From positions 73,160,001-73,224,000 of the forward strand of contig CM060732.1 in assembly GCA_030704615.1 (NCBI GenBank): a DNA stretch of 64,000 nucleotides, in the 5' to 3' direction. A program made the position numbers and the translations under genes. The notes under the pieces were generated by a model, which saw only the letters and a list, made by a program, of their open reading frames with translations, was not told the DNA's origin and searched no databases. Source of the stretch: Takakia lepidozioides. Lineage: Eukaryota > Plantae > Bryophyta. Below are positions 24,801 through 39,084 of this stretch, in pieces; position 1 is the first letter of the stretch, and each line of letters opens with the position of its first letter.

Positions 24801-25279
24801 GCATTCTTAGAAGGTGGCATTCTTAACACAAAAATGGAATTTCTGTCAACACTTCAGGACAATCAGGAGTCAGTGCAAAATGCTTGGTCGAAGCACCAAG
24901 ATGTAGGTTTCAGTTCAATCAACATGACATCTGATCCTCGAAACACATGTTTCTAAAATCAACTGTGCAATGTTCTAGTTTTGGTATTACTATCAGAAGT
25001 GGGACAGATGCACACAAACCTGTTAGGTTGATTTGGTTCATTTGCAGTAGATTTTGTAGCCTCAAAAATCTGCAAAGGGGTGGTGGAACATCCTTGCGAA
25101 ATCAGCACTTATATAGGCAGGATTAAATAAAGTAATTCCTCGCGGTCCTCTCAGAAAGTCTGTATATGAGCTGGCCATCAAGGCCAGTTAGTAAGGGTCA
25201 AGACTAATGTGATACATCAATCCCCAGGCCAGTTTGTGACCTACAGCTGACTCATCATTGCAGCAGGCACAGTTGATTT

Positions 25280-26607
25280 TCATCCCTTCATTTGGTGGTC
25301 TTGTCCATAGGCTGGGTGTGCAGGCACTGGATATGTCTGTGAAGGTCCTGGCTGAGATCCATAGGGAAACCCTGTTGGGACTCCGTATGCTGGCTGCCCC
25401 ATGGCAATACCTTGCTGGTTATACTGGGGAAGCTGTGGTGCTGACCAAGCTGCATTTCTTACACTGATGGCAGCAACGTAATAGATGCCTGCAAACAATA
25501 CGGTGGCAAGTGCCAACAAGGCAGCCCCAGGAAAGACCATGGGTCCTGCCACTGGACACGTGTTCCCATACCAAGAGGCATCTCTCTGTTGATTCAGGCC
25601 CGCCCCGGCCAGAAACAACATAAGTCCAATTATGAAAGTGACCCTGGACACACCAAGCAAGAATTCTGGTTAATTTAGAGTTCAAAATTGACTTGTCCTA
25701 ATCTGTTGTGATTGTATGTACACACTAGGAGACCCAGTGAGGGAAACAACCCTGCCATTTCCCCAAACCTAAATAGATTCCTTTTTTGGAATTCTCACCC
25801 TCAGTGAGAGGCACACTGGGTATTTCAGTGTATCTGTCATCCTTAAACAATGCTAATCAACAGACTAGAGAGTTCCTGTCACTGTGCAAGACATTAGGAA
25901 GTACACGATTCTTCTGCAAGTTGAAGGCTTTATAAGCAGCCATGCATCCTTCAAGACTGAGAAAACCTTAAGTATTTTGCAATTTCTACTGTACGACGCC
26001 TAAAAACTCGAAAACACAACTGCTGATTGTCTGGTATAGTTGTCTGCAAGAAAGACTAAACATCACAGCTTGTTCACGGCCAAAACTGGTTGAAATACTT
26101 GCTCTCTCTCGAAGACTAATAATTGCTGCATGCTTGCAAATGAGGCTTGGACTCACCAGTTTGAGACAAGACACAAAATTGAAAGAGTCCTGTTGCTACT
26201 GGCCGGATAAAAATGCCCGTCTGGACCATAGGCACAGCAGATGCAACCACCAGCTGTGTTGATCGTTATCTGAGCCACCACCAACGCCAGGGCTCCAAGC
26301 AAGGCATAGCGGTAGGCAGGGCTACCTGGATAGTGGCACACATCATTATCCACAGGTTGAATCTGATGTGCCTGCACAAACCAGCAACCATCCTTTAGAA
26401 GTTTCATGATCATAACTGAGACAGAAGAGGGTGAGATCTCCAGATACCAGAGGGTAATTGACCTTACTGCACCCTGCAAAGGGTTTAGAAGTATAACTAA
26501 GTAAAGGTCATTTCCACAAATGAGCTTCTGGTAAACACAGTTCTGAGCTCCCATAGCGTTTAAACAGTAACTCCGTAGAAGACGATAAGCCACTCTTCCA
26601 CCAGTAG

Positions 26608-26641
<34 letters not shown>

Positions 26642-27397
26642 TTTCCTTCCTGGCTAGAAATAAGCAGGTCTTACGCGCTTTCTTCCAAACTTGACAATAC
26701 AACCAAGCGCCCAGCAGAGGAAGTCCCACCTTCACAACATGCCACCGGTTCCTGAAGTGCTATCAAGCCTGTTGGTCTAGCGGCACTCGAACGGTAAGGT
26801 ATATCCATGCCAATACTTAACCGTCCGAGTTTTACCCTCAGACCTTTCATGCTACAGCCATCGGCATTGGTTGCTGAATACCACCAGACAGCTCCTGTGC
26901 GGAGTCTTACAGACTGGGCCGAGAATAGGCCCTCAGTCATGAACACAGACATTACCGGAACTCCCCAAAGACAAGGTGGGTGATGAACAAGTGGGCTTGG
27001 AAGGACAGAGAAATGACTGACTCTAAGCTGATTGCGTGTGACTCCCCATTACAAGTAATAGTACCGTGCAGGGTGCTGGCCTAACCTCGGCAAAGTCATG
27101 AGTGGGGCCGAATTCACCGACATTGGACCCCAAAACAAACAATCGGTCCTCCTTGCTGCACTCCCATCTCGTATATAGCTCTAACCACCATCAAGAGAAA
27201 TGTGGGCGAGGGGCGAACAGCATGGAGCAGAAGGGATTGCAACACAAAACTAGCCATGTACAGTGGGGGAAGCCAGTTGAGTGCAAATTTACCTTAGTGC
27301 GCTTGGCGTTGGCAACAAAACCCATGGACGCCGCAAAGAGACCCAAGCAGAGCACGAACAGCAGGATCCATACTTGCGGCCCCCTCAACGCTCTCAT
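25280..27397 (-). CDS. DUF1218 family membrane protein (DESIGUAL/VCC/MWL-like), 3 exons
   Basis: Exons 27397-27293, 26371-26157, 25643-25280; GFVANAKR, CHYPGSPA, AQITINTAGGCICC, C....MVFPGAALL. Confidence 0.88.
26611..26640. repeat. (CT)n microsatellite; others at ~27405-27445, 38530-38550, 38643-38661, 39895-39930, and (TA)n at ~16241-16268
   Basis: Directly visible. Confidence 0.9.
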
Positions 27398-30339
27398 CTC
27401 TGCCTTGTCTCTCTCTCTTGTCTTCCTCGCCTCTCTCTCTCTCTCGCACGGCCTGCAGCTCTTTCTCCCTCCCTCGAATTTCTGAAGCCCTACTCGATGT
27501 GCCGTCTACTGCCCATTCACGCGTGCCAGTAACCGTCACCTGTCGGTAAGCTTTACCGAAACTTACCTACTTTCACCAACCTTTTTTACCCCCACCGCCT
27601 TAACTCACTTTAAATGGGGGAGAAAGTTGACTTTTAAAAGAAATCCTGGGAGCGACAACTCCTGCTCTTCACCAAAATTAACGCCCTCTTGTATTAGCCA
27701 CATGAAAACACTTAGAGGGAATCCACATCCCCACTGGCCAAGTTCGGCACTACCTTGTAAACATTTGGGATTTTTCCTAGTTGGAGTTTTATCTTTTGCC
27801 CAACTTGCAGGGCAAGGTTTTTCTCCTTAAGGTTTTTTTATCCCACTTGTCTCGGATGTTTTGGGTTATGTTTTCTTCACGGCTTCCTAATTTAAGATCG
27901 AGCGGACAAAGGAGGATCCAGCCGAGCCTTTCATAGAGGCGTTGGAGAACTTGAAACAAACTTCGACGCTTTTGCATCACCATCTGGAGAGGTGGAGTTG
28001 GGACTCACAGAAGTCCTATGACGATTTGTACGCTGAAGGAGAAAATGAACGACCACATACCAACTATACACAAATACAATGTGATGCTAAATTAGCTTCA
28101 GAAACATTGGGTGCTGCAAACAAAGCCACTCTAATATAATGAGAAAAACCCACATTTCATCCATGAAATTGGCAATGAGACAAAATTGTTACAACACCAA
28201 ATTTGGACATCCAAAGTTAATTAAATGCTTGAACTGTTGGAGTTGCATATTATGCAATAGTTGGAAGTTGTATATATATCTCTATAATTTCTTACTAACA
28301 ATATCGTTGCCAGATTCACATATACAAGTTGCTTATGGGATGGAAAGATGACTTCGTTACAATGTATAGAACTAAACGTCGTAGCCAAGGATTTTCTATA
28401 GTACACTATGGCATGAATACATATCGATGACCTAATTTTGCAATCAACAACATTAGATGTTCAATGAACCATTGTTGGGCAAGGTCCCAATTGTCATTAT
28501 TGTATGGATTCTAACTCCCAAAATAGTCCGTGATGGTCGTGGAGAGATCCTAGAATATTGCGCTTTCTGGATTGCTCACATATTGCACCTTCTATTGCTT
28601 TCGTTTTCGTGTTGTACTATTCAAATACCGATCTCTATGTTCATTGGACAACATAGTTTTTAATGTCATTGATAGCATGTAAGAGAGTGACATAGGTCAC
28701 AATCCCTTTGTGAGATCTTCTAGTGTTAATGCTACTATTGCACCTTATAATTTGCTCTTTTGTGTGATACAATATGCATAATGCATCTCATGATTTGAGT
28801 TGCATGTACGTCGACTATTGCACCAAGGTTGTTTATGACAAAGAACACCTATGCATTAGCAATATGGTGATAGCTAGGACATGCCCATGACAATATTTGA
28901 TTACTTGTAAACTGCACCCAACTACTGAAGAAATTATCTCTGCACCCATTTCTACCGCCTCAACGCCTCTACATCTGCGTCAACAATTTTTTCGGTAGAC
29001 TCTAATGTAGCTGTGGTTACAAACACAACAACATAGATGAGAGTTTACAAATTAAAAAAGTAACATTTACAAAAATGGAATCCAATGAAACCTAGAGCAA
29101 GAAACCAAGACTTGAAACAATGATGACATTTTGCAATAATAAAGAAGATTCATGCAGATTTCAACTAATGAATCATGTTAAGAATTGAATTACCAATTTC
29201 ATTAAATAGAGTTATGCAATGGCCCATTTCAATGGTTAAAAGATAAAAAGAACACATGTAGTAGCCCCACATCTACCCAAATAGTCTATGATGTAATATT
29301 TGTTTTGTCTTTTCGTCATTCTAAGAGATTGTGCATGGCACTCTTGCTGTTGATTCATATCGAGAAAGAAAAACGATAAAACATGTATAACTTAAATCCT
29401 ACCCTAAATCCCAAAGCACTCAACTTTTATAGAAAACCGTAAGTGTCACTTAGGCGAGCTGAGAGAGTGCCATAAAACAGACACAAACTAGCTATGACAT
29501 AATCAATTACATGACAAAAACAAAATCAGCCATCTACTCCAACAAATTTGGATGTGTAACTTTGAAAAACAAAGCAATAATCTCTCTATTTGAAATTAGT
29601 TGAGAAAGACGAAAAAAGAGTGAGGATAGGACCTATGTTGAAGCTCCTGCCTAAGCTTCACATTCAGCTTGGAACCTATAGGAACTTGTGATGGACGTCA
29701 ACATAAATTGAAAAGAGTAGCAACATAATCTCCTTGGTCTCGTTTGGATCAATCGTTTCCATCACTTCTCTCATATTATTTGCACTATGAAAAATCTACC
29801 ATAACTATGGCTTCATACCAGTCCATTTAAAAGCTAAAATGAAGAGACGTCTCGACAATAACACGAGTAACGACCAGACATTATTTCTTGGTAGGGGCTA
29901 TCATGGTACTTCCAAGTTTAGCGCATATTGCGGGCACCAAGTTCTAAGGCATGGTATTGCCATATTTCATACCATTGGGATCGGCTCTTTGATACCTGTG
30001 CTTAGATTGGTTTATAATTGCCTCAAACCTGGCTACCAAAAATGGTACACTATGCTTTTGTAGGTATATTGGTGATTTGAGGTTATTTTTTGGACCTCAT
30101 TAACATGGCTTCATTCATCTTTCCTTTTAAAAAGAAAATAAATGGTTTTCATGTGTCAATTATATTCTATTGGGTTAAGATCAACGATTTACTTTTTGTG
30201 GCAAGTACATGATTTTATAGCCTGTGAATGGTAGATGACTGTGCTGCGACATGCCACTATTGGAATTATCTTGCAGGGCATAGTTGAGAACCACAACATA
30301 CACTTTGAAACCTATGGGGTGAAGTAGGATATGTGCACA

Positions 30340-31230
30340 AAATTGGATTTGCTGGCAAAAGCCCATTGTTCTTAGCGCCACAATAAAACCTTAGTGGGTC
30401 CGCAAAGTGATGAAGAGATAAAGTTTTACCTCAATGTAGACTATGACCATAATTTCTTGCGCCCATGCGGCTATTAAGGTAATAGAATCCATAGGGCCCA
30501 CCCTCGAAAAGGGGCAGTAGCCGCAAGGTGAAGTGGCTCTTAGTTACGTCGGCTATGGCCGGCCTCCTCTCTCTCTTTCTCTAATAGAACAACATTTTGT
30601 TTTTTTCTTTATCAAATGATTCATTTTATATTCTGTTTGATGCATTGTGTTTGTTTATATTTTACTTCTTGCAATTATCTTTCCAAAGCACTATGCTGAA
30701 CCACAAGTTCTATGTCAGTTCTCAGAAAAATCGGAGAGGGACCGAGATGCACAACTGCTGGTTCTTTAAACCGGCAAGAACATGTCATATTGAGAACCGC
30801 CCTAGGTGAAACACTTGATAGTTAATGGGAACCAATAAAATGGGACCCTTGAGACCCCCCCCAAACCCAAAAGCGCATGGTTCTTAGCACCACCATAAAA
30901 CCTTAGTGGGTCCGCCAATTGATGATGTGACAAAAGTTTTATTTCAATTTAGACTACTACCATATTTTCCTGCGCCCATGCGGCTATTAATTTAATATAA
31001 CAACATTTTCTCTTAAAAATCATTGTATACTTTGTTTGGCTTGTTGTGTTTGTTTATTTTTTATTTTCTGCAACTATCTTTCCAAAGCACCCAGGTTCTC
31101 AGAAAATCTGATTGAGACAGAGATGCACAACTGCCGGTACCGACAAGAACAATACCACCCAATGTGAAAATATTGAAAGTTATGGGGAACCAGAAAGATA
31201 AATAAAATGGGACCTTTGAGGGTCCAACCC
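30340..31230. repeat. Diverged ~510-bp tandem duplication, with a third partial copy at ~34190-34330; probably a non-autonomous TE
   Basis: ttcttagc.c..cataaaaccttagtgggtccgc..gcgcccatgcggctatta at ~30368 and ~30880; gatgcacaac..aagaacatgtcatattgagaacc at ~30745 and ~34221, partial at ~31122. Confidence 0.7.
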
Positions 31231-31869
31231 CGCATCCCCAACCGGGGGATCGCCCGGACCTTCCAACTTCACATAAGTGCCCAAGGATGAGGCTAACTCT
31301 ACAGTTTCAACCATGGTTTTCTAATCCCTCCGTGCAGGCTGGCATGTTGGGATTTACTCTGCTAAAATATAGCCCAAGATCATCCTACCAGCTCAATTTC
31401 AGATGCATAGGGCAAGGCCCCATCCCCCGAATTGAGGAACTCATTCCATCACCCAAATTCAGGAAAGGTTTTGGGATGGACCTAAGTTTCCCCAACGTTT
31501 TTTTTATTGGCGAATTTTCGCCAGATTTCAACCTCAAAAAATAAAATAGAATATTCTGTCACAAATTCTCTGTTTTGCCATGGATGAATTTGCCAAACTT
31601 CTCCAAATAAAAAACAAATTAACGCCAAATATTGAATTATTGATGTAAATGGATTAAAGTACAGAGGTGGATGACTCTATCCTAATATCAGTGGATGAAC
31701 AGAGTGTACGGCTAATTTTTGTAAAACCCTTGCTGTTTTCCAAATTTGTTAAGAAAACGCTGAGTTTCCTTGTGTAAGGACATGAACGTTCTTTATCTCA
31801 TGTTTCTTCTAGTTTATCACCGTACTTTTTTCCTATTGTCCTAATAAAGGCCCTCTCTTATAGCTTGGT

Positions 31870-31940
31870 GGCTTGGTAGCTCAGTTCGACAGTACACTTG
31901 GTGCATCCCAAGTGGTTTCGGGCTCAAATCCCGATGCGTT
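31870..31940 (+). repeat. tRNA-derived SINE head or pseudo-tRNA
   Basis: A-box-like TAGCTCAGTTCG, hairpin CACTTGG..CCAAGTG, T-arm TCGGG CTCAAAT CCCGA. Confidence 0.4.
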
Positions 31941-32339
31941 GTAATGTCATGCCGAAACTAGCACACAATTGAAAAATCTACTCTAAGCAGATCAGCAGAA
32001 AATAAAACACCAGACAAGCTCCAAATTGATGCCAATACGGCATGATCAATTACTCTCTTAGCTTAGAGTCAGTAAATGACGTCTCCTAACTTTGATCGCT
32101 TGCGGCAACGCAGGGCTGTCCCACCCAAAAGCAAAATGATTCAATCCCGTTGAAGACGATTCAGGAAGGAACTTGAAAAGGCGTAAGGGTTTTGTTAAGG
32201 CCAACATCTGTATGATACCTAGGGCTGTCCCAGAAATGTCATGTCTGTCACTCTTGGAATGCCTTGTTCTGACAGGGTTTTAGAATGATCCTTGATTACA
32301 CCCATATCCAACTGAAGGACCGGTTGATCCTCAACCATC

Positions 32340-33620
32340 GTGGCCGCCACCTCACTTCAGGGCTCCACATGTCTGCTTGGAGGGGAGCCAGACCGAGCAG
32401 GCCAGTACCACTACATCTGTAATTGTTACCACATCTTCTACGATCTACATAGGATTACTCGCAAAGGGCTCGCAGATTTAGAGGGCCCAGCATGTTTCAC
32501 ATATGTGAAGGTGAGATTCCACCTTCCTAGTTATTTTGACCTGGATGAATAGACGACAGATGAAACGTGGATAACTTGTGCATCATAACGATACCATCCT
32601 ACAGATCGGGTTTCAGCAACTACAGCACCCTGACTTGATGCTTGCATAAGTTGTCATTCTCAACCCATGGGCAATCGCAACATGCCCATTCTGATGCAGG
32701 ACTATGGATAGTGTATACAACTCCAGATTTCGATTGACTTTTGAAATGAGCGGGAAAATCCTGACAATTCTATGTCTGACTCGGCCGGTATCTCCTATGC
32801 AATGAATACTACAATATTAGACATGAAATTCTCCTGTCTCTTGTTGCAAATGAACCCATGGGCCTTCAAATTCCCCATGTACCAGTAGTGTGTAAGCAAA
32901 CCTTCACCTAGCTCATATATTAACCAATCCATTCTACACCCATTCAATTTTTCTTTTCCACTACGCAATAAGTTTCCAGGGTAGGTTTCAATGCCTAGCA
33001 TGCAGGACATTGCGCGCTCCCATGACCCACATTTTAAATTTTGGAACCCACCAGATGTGGATGTAATCCCAGAAATCCCCTGCATCTGGATATGTATAGT
33101 CTAATATCCACAATTGCAATTGTGCATATTCCTCTGAAGCATCAGCTGACGCCGGAGCATCTTTGCTGTACATTATCTAACCCATACCCTTAAGCACGAG
33201 ACTCGCAAGTTATCCGTTCTTGATCTCACATCCAGCCTTTAAGAAAACAAAAAGTCCACGAAGAAATGTTCCAACTAGTATGGTGAGAATTTTTTCAGGA
33301 AACTACAAAACACGAAGAATAACGATGTATTCTTCAACAAAGCAAGACGAACATGCCACATCTAGAGGTAAAGTGCAACGTCTAGAAACACTTCCAAATC
33401 GGAATAGGAATTAGGTAAGCGATGGGAGTAGATCAATGAGAAGAAAACCATAAACTTGCCAATTAAACGAAACTTACTGAATCGTATTGATTTCGGCATT
33501 AGCGTCATTGTCATTCATTGGGTCGCCAAGCGGGTTCATCTTCAATGAGGCGTGAATGGAATTCCTTCATACATCATTACATGATCGCCATAAGCTGGAC
33601 CCAAGTATAAAGGGCTCATG
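32340..33620 (-). mobile_element. Mutator-like (MULE) transposase remnant with SWIM zinc finger
   Basis: WRPN..NDANAEINT (~33480-33530), FWDYIHIWWVPKFKMWVMGAR..HA, IETYPG..RMDWLIYEL, SWIM WACCDCPWVENDNLCKHQ (~32632-32690); fragmented. Confidence 0.72.
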
Positions 33621-36600
33621 AGGCATGTTGCTACAAAGAGGATAACGTTTGATAGTGGGGCGTACATGCATTATTGTTGCAAAACATATTATCACCTAAA
33701 AGTTGTTCTTTCCAAAAACTGCAAAAAAATCCAATTGCAACAAAAAAATAGTGATTTTTTGAAAGGTAATCAATCAATGAGAACTAATTTTTTTAAGGTT
33801 ATAATTCAATGTGTTATCTCCCCTAAAGATGTCCCATTTAAGACTTTGAAAAACTTTCAAACTCTAGCTAAAACAACCTTCCGGAAGATTATTGAAAAAA
33901 TCCACTTTCACATCATTCACTACATACACATGCACAAAAAAAAAATTGACCCCTAAAGCTCAATTCCATCATGCACTATCAAACTTATCGTTAGACTATT
34001 TGCCGAATCAATTTGCTACAAGTTGGTTTTAAAAATCATTTCATAATAATACTAGGATAGATAGAACTCAATGTCCCATGCATGGAACTTGATATTAGTG
34101 GTTGTCTTTCTTCAGCACCCGGTCTCAATACGACAAGGCGGCCAACAAAATTTCAGGTGCCCAAGTTGCCGCAACAAGGCCAACAAAAGATTGTGCACTG
34201 AAAATCTTGTTGGGAACACAGATGCACAACCGCCAACTTTTAAACCAAGAACAACATGTCATATTGAGAACCGTCAGCCAAGATGGAAAACTCAAACTAG
34301 TTAATGGGAATAAGAAAAGTAAGTGAAATGAAAGCTTTTATATCCCTGGCCAAGACATCTCTAGCAAGACCCCACTTCCAAATCTGAAACAAAGGTTCAC
34401 ATACAAGTCAAAGAACTGCCCATTATAGTCACAATAAACAACTCACTATAAGTAGTCGTGAGATCAATTTACCCTCATAGATATAGCCAACTCAACTATA
34501 GAAATGGGTAGTGATCAATCAGTCACCTAACATTACACGTGGATGATATTTGAGACCTGAGCTTTGTGCTTGCCATGTTACTTGAAAGAGTTCATTATCT
34601 CATCTCTATAATTTAGGCCTGATTTGTGAGAGGTTGCTTATGAGTGGTTCCCATGAGAAAAATCGGGCCTGGGTGCTCCATACTGAAATGCACCCTTACA
34701 CCCTTCGTCCCCCGAAAAGGCCACCTAGATCACAGCCCTTCCATCCTTTATATACCCTCATCGGCAGCCTGGCCTTGTGAAGCCACGCTCCAGCCTTCCA
34801 AAAGCCTACCCTCTCTAGTTTTTGCATTCTACATATTGAGCTTTCTTTTAATTAGTGGAAGGTCCTGCTGAGAATGTTCAGAAAGTTCAGAAAATGCAAA
34901 AATCAGGGTTGAAGTAAATTACAACAGGTTCATAGAGATAACCTGTACGAAATGGAGTCCTGCTGAGAAGTTTGACAATCCCAGTGCCCCCAGCCGTAAC
35001 TTCGCCAACCCCAACCACTCCACCTGCACCAAGCCCCTCACCAAGCCTGCTCCCCTGAGGAGGCTTCTCTGACCCTGTTCCTGTACTTCTGCAGCAACCA
35101 CAACCACAACCAACTTAGCATACCCTGAAGATAGGAAAAAACTACTTACACTGGTACTGAAACCAGTAGTTGTAGTGTTTGTGGCAGCACCAAATTGGAA
35201 GCCACTACCGAGTCACTTGAAACCCAACGGACATAATACTAGAACTATCTAGAAATTCAACTAGTGAACTACTAAAAATAGTTAGTGACTACCTACGTGG
35301 CCCACACCCTACATTCATGGGCCATGTGCTTCCCCCCCCTTTTTTTCTTGGCTTTGTTTGACACCTCACAAGTTAAATTATCCCTACCCACACCCCTCTC
35401 CCTGCCACCTCATTCGTCAAGCCCTCTAAAAACAGGACCACTCTAGAAACAGGCCCGAATGAAACTGCACTACATATCCTCACCCTTCCAAATTCCCCAA
35501 AGAAGCTATTTTTTTTTACTAGCCCACCGAAGTAATTACAAGTAAGTAGCATGCTAGCTCAGACAGCTCCCCCTTGTTATATACCGCGGCAGGACGGAGG
35601 CCCTAGTGTTTTTTTTTCTGGCGAAAAATCACCAGATTTCCACCTGAAAAATGGGTCAGCTGGGGGTAAGTTCCAAAAATTTCGCCAAAAAGCGCCAGTA
35701 GTTGAGAATTAACAGCCTAATTTTGCAGACGTGGATCATTTGAAATTTGCCACCTGGTATATAAACCACTTTTACAGCCTTGCCACCTCGTTATTCTCGC
35801 CACATAGGCACTACATGTGGCCCCGCCAGCGATTTTGGACAAATGAAAAGAAAACACTGGGCCGCCCGACCTTGTCAAGCGGTGGTGGAACTTCTAGAAG
35901 GTTGCTCTCTACCCCACACGTGTGAATCCCATAGAAGCCCTACCCCACCACACCGCCATTGGCTGCTCAAGCACACTCAAGTGACTTCGTTCCTTTCTGA
36001 CCATTACCAAACTAAGGAGTGCTCATTACCCATGCCCTGGAACACTGGTTAAGACTTTAAGACTTAAGATCTCAGGATAACAAGAGCCCAATTTTAGACA
36101 TGTCAGAGATGACTCTTTCCTGGGACTGAGTTTTGCGACTGCAGAACCGACAGCAGGTGCTTGATAGTACAAAATACACCTATGTAGTAATTCTGTTTTG
36201 GTGACAGTTATCATTGAAAGTATTCAATAGATGTGTGACCTGACCAGGAAATGGTCCAAATCCCTACATACAAGAAAGTTGCACATGAGCTTATCAGACG
36301 TCAGCCTTGGACGAATCCACAAAGTATTCTGACGTGCAAGATTTTGTTTTGTCGAGTTTTTGGATTCTATCGAATCTGTGAACCCTCAACAAACAAGATC
36401 CTGTGAAGGCAGTAAGAAATTATCAATGCTCTGTCTAAAGATTCAACTTTCCTTCTCTAGCAAATTGGGATACGTTGCCGCATATGTCATGAACCCCAAC
36501 TTTATCACACTTAATGCAAGCACTGTTGTGGAATGGGGTCCATCAAATTCTAGACTGGGACAATGATAGAAAAGGGGCAAGTAAATGATGGAATATTTCA

Positions 36601-37436
36601 CATGTGACAAAGTTGCAGCCGCCCATCAAGTTGTTGCTAGCATCTTGTCTTTTGGGTGGATTCCAAGGTGGGTGGGAAGAAGTCCGGCCGATGTGGGTGG
36701 TCCACTTGTCATGCAAAAGTGGAAAGGAAAAATGGGTATGCAACCACCCCGGCCCACCTGCATCATTGGGAGCTCACTCCCTGGCACTTGCTGGAATCTC
36801 CACTTGTGCTCCTCTCTCTTGCAATGACCAGCAGAGTGACAGTCTGTATGGAAATAGAGGAATGCTGATGTGTTATGTACAACGAGTGTACAACACTGGC
36901 TGTTGGCAAACATCAGGCAGGCATCAACCATACTCCATGCTCTAGGCATCAATTGAGCGTGAAGAACTAATTCGAGTTCCAGTTCAGATCTGAACAAATT
37001 AGGACTTATGATATGATTAACCAGACACGATGATCAGATCAGGCCATCAAGGTCTGAATTTCAAAAGAACTTTAGTCTGCCGGACACTCTGGATAGAAAA
37101 TTTATTTCTGTAGACAGCTCGTCATTCATATACTGGGCAGATTGGATAGCCATTATCTTCATGCTATCTCGAGCTAAAAGATGGGAAAACGCTCTTATGT
37201 ACTTCGCCCACCGATAATTTACATATGCTATATATGGCGGCCTCCTTTTACACTCCAGCTTTTACCTTGTGTCTTATGTATACATCTTGAGATTGTGAAC
37301 ATTTTATATCCACTTCAGACGAAAACTAAAGACTCAACCTCTAGACAATTCTAGATCTATCTAGAATTGGTTGAAGTGATGGAGCCCGATCCCGATTCTG
37401 ATGATGTCTGGAGTATTTGATGTGCTCATCTCCACA

Positions 37437-38390
37437 TCACCATGGACCTGCAAAGATGACAAATCCCCAAGCCCTTGGGCATCTCTCAGTTACCGCGGCT
37501 TTTTCTTCCATGTGATGGTCTGGGGTATGACGCTGGTTGAAGCGCCCAACAAGCCCTGGGCCTCGTTGGAAGCAGCTTCCACATACATCGTAGCCAACAG
37601 TTTCTGGACAATCAACACAGTGGAACCTCTTTCCTACTATGGGCATCATCCCACATCCATCGCAACCTACATTTCGATGAACCGGGCCTTGTGACTGCCG
37701 AGTCTCTTCAGCTCCTGCTTGCATTCCTTCAACTCTGCTGTTTTTCCCGTCAATTTCCTGCAACGTGACCTCATCACGCCGCTTGTTGTAGTCCGCACTG
37801 AATGTACGCTCTAGGTACTGGTGAAGCTCAACACAGACTTGTGGGAAAGAGCCAGGGCTACAGCTGCCACACAAGGGGCAGTTCAAGACTTTCTCCTTGG
37901 AAACACACGTGTGGCAGAACATATGACCACAATTCAACACAACTGGCTTGTAAAGCAGTTTATCACAAGCCTTGCACTGTAATAGATCGGATGCAGAAGC
38001 ACCCGTCGTAGAAGTGCCTGCCAGTTCCTCATGATCGAACTGTGGAGAGGACATGCCCTGTTTCTCCTCCTCTTCGTGAATCTCTTTGGCTCTAACCAAG
38101 TACTCTTCTGGGGCCAACTTGCAGAATAAAGAATGAAGTTGCTCGCAGACTCGTGGAAGATGCCAGTACGACTTTTGGCAGATTGGGCAATGAGAAATTG
38201 TAGTTGTATTCATGGATCGATGAATACACCACAAACAAAACATGTGGCCACAGCTCGGGACAACCGGCTTGTAAACCAGATCCAGACATATCGCACAATT
38301 GAAAGGCATTTTGTCCATTAATTTCTTGTACCTTGACGAGCGTCTTTTCCTACTAGCCTCTTCGTCGGCCACGCTTCCCCTGTACTCCAC
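37437..38390 (-). CDS. PRT1: PRT1-like E3 ubiquitin ligase (RING-RING-ZZ), intronless
   Basis: Two C3HC4 RINGs (CAIC..CGHMFCLWC..CPIC; CKAC..CGHMFCHTC..CPLC) and ZZ (GCDGCGMMPIVGKRFHCVDC..YDVC..FNQRH); first in-frame ATG at 38318, true start uncertain. Confidence 0.85.
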   Translation of the reverse strand: MEYRGSVADEEASRKRRSSRYKKLMDKMPFNCAICLDLVYKPVVPSCGHMFCLWCIHRSMNTTTISHCPICQKSYWHLPRVCEQLHSLFCKLAPEEYLVRAKEIHEEEEKQGMSSPQFDHEELAGTSTTGASASDLLQCKACDKLLYKPVVLNCGHMFCHTCVSKEKVLNCPLCGSCSPGSFPQVCVELHQYLERTFSADYNKRRDEVTLQEIDGKNSRVEGMQAGAEETRQSQGPVHRNVGCDGCGMMPIVGKRFHCVDCPETVGYDVCGSCFQRGPGLVGRFNQRHTPDHHMEEKAAVTERCPRAWGFVIFAGPW

Positions 38391-39084
38391 ACCGTGTCAA
38401 CTGGTCTTCCTCCAGGCAATTCAAACCACCCTCTCCCCGTCCTCAAACATCTGTCGATGCTCAGCTATGCATGCGTCCACACATCACTCAATTCGACCGC
38501 ACAGATCTAGATCCACCCAATTCAAAACCTCTCTCTCTCTCTCTCTCTCTCAAGCATCCATCGATCCATGCATCATGGGTGTATCATCAGCGCAGAATTC
38601 ACACAATTCACACAATTCCTCAACGCCCTTCATACATCTTCCCTCTCTCTCTCTCTCTCTCAATCATCCAAAGTCTACCCTGTTCCAGGCCCTCCTCCAA
38701 CCCTCTGCAAACGATCTCCGAAGTCTTCAGGATCTGGATCTGTGCATCTCCTTGCATGTGATCATAGGAAGAATAAGTGGGGCCTCTCCTGAGCTCACCT
38801 CTACCCACCTTGGCTTACTTACTGCAACCCTTTCCTTGGGTGTAGTTACTATCTACATCATCGTCCTTGCCACTAATTGGGAGAGGATAACCTAGAGAGG
38901 CACTGTGGATTTGATGGATGGTAAGTCATTTCATCCATGAGTTTGACTCTTGTACCGGGCCCCACAATTAGGTCAGATCTGGATTACGAAATGTTGGTCT
39001 GCAAATTTCAAAGGTGGGTTTTAGGAGGCAGATGTGATCTCGTGGCGTTTTGGGCACGGATGTGATGTGGTGAATGTGAATACA

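Noticed and set aside
34920-35215. Gly/Thr-rich minus-strand stretch resembling an FG-nucleoporin fragment
   Set aside because: Low complexity, a single FG, and no sustained ORF.
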